The notes under the pieces are model-generated. The model was not told where the DNA came from and did no database searches. It saw nothing but the letters and a program-made list of their open reading frames with translations. From an uncultured virus (IMG/VR IMGVR_UViG_3300005239_000324) (Duplodnaviria; Heunggongvirae; Uroviricota; Caudoviricetes; Crassvirales): a stretch of DNA of 20,000 nt. The stretch lies in IMG/VR virus record IMGVR_UViG_3300005239_000324; one strand, 5' to 3'. Positions 19,821 to 20,000 of this stretch are shown here, piece by piece. The first letter of the stretch is position 1. Each line of letters starts with the position of its first letter. The translations under genes and the position numbers were made by a program.

Positions 19821-19833
19821 ATAAAACAACTAT

Positions 19834-19862
19834 AAGGTGGTCGAAAGGCCACCTTTATTTTA
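19834..19862 (+). terminator. Rho-independent terminator after the capsid gene
   Basis: AAGGTGGTC-GAAA-GGCCACCTT forms a 9-bp stem (one G-U) with a GNRA tetraloop, followed by a T-rich tract, 13 nt after the MCP stop. Confidence 0.85.
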
Positions 19863-19865
19863 ATT

Positions 19866-19885
19866 ATTATATTATATTATATTAT
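19866..19885 (+). repeat. (ATTAT)4 pentanucleotide repeat running into the start codon
   Basis: attat attat attat attat g; the last AT plus G is the ATG at 19884. Confidence 0.85.
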
Positions 19886-20000
19886 GTCAGAAAATAAAAA
19901 ACAAAAATGGGAAGTAAAAGATAGACAATACTTCTTAAAAAACGGTTTTTCACCTTTAACTTACAGGTTAAACACTAAGCATACCCCACAAAATTCATTA
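19884..20000 (+). CDS. Conserved phage protein downstream of MCP, 3' truncated (not in the ORF track)
   Basis: MSENKKQKWEVKDRQYFLKNGFSPLTYRLNTKHTPQNSL, open to the window end. Confidence 0.7.
   Translation, partial: MSENKKQKWEVKDRQYFLKNGFSPLTYRLNTKHTPQNSL

Noticed and set aside
1..20000. Stop-codon reassignment as in some crAss-like phages
   Set aside because: Long ORFs are open in the standard code, and TAG (1128-1130) and TGA (RNR end) appear to act as real stops.
1..20000. CRISPR array, tRNA, rRNA, intron or intein
   Set aside because: No regularly spaced repeats or cloverleaf-like sequence were seen, intergenic spaces are very short, and the visible RNR and MCP parts are uninterrupted.

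Overview
This AT-rich window is not contiguous DNA. It is 11 short contigs joined by identical 20-N spacers (677-696, 4625-4644, 5816-5835, 7359-7378, 10489-10508, 11680-11699, 13113-13132, 15446-15465, 17420-17439, 18670-18689), so several ORFs in the supplied track are artificial fusions across gaps. All recognisable content is bacteriophage, most consistent with a crAss-like/Crassvirales-related podovirus of an aquatic Bacteroidota (Flavobacteriia) host. It includes: a major capsid protein with an intrinsic terminator; a tail stabilization (P22 gp10-like) protein; small virion/ejection proteins; five fragments of giant virion protein(s); a set of paralogous multi-LamG (concanavalin A-like) proteins; a GroES-like gene; and a class II-type ribonucleotide reductase coupled to a small membrane protein. 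Start codons lack Shine-Dalgarno motifs and the standard genetic code is used. The most interesting signals are: (i) a modular LamG array with conserved linkers and apparently swapped domains; (ii) giant virion protein fragments with a repeated module, a linker and a putative His-Me nuclease domain; (iii) an AtpI-like membrane gene coupled to RNR; (iv) a host-type Ig-like repeat in a phage LamG protein; (v) 5-nt periodic leaders that end in the start codon. Family assignments come from motif recognition only; no searches were run.
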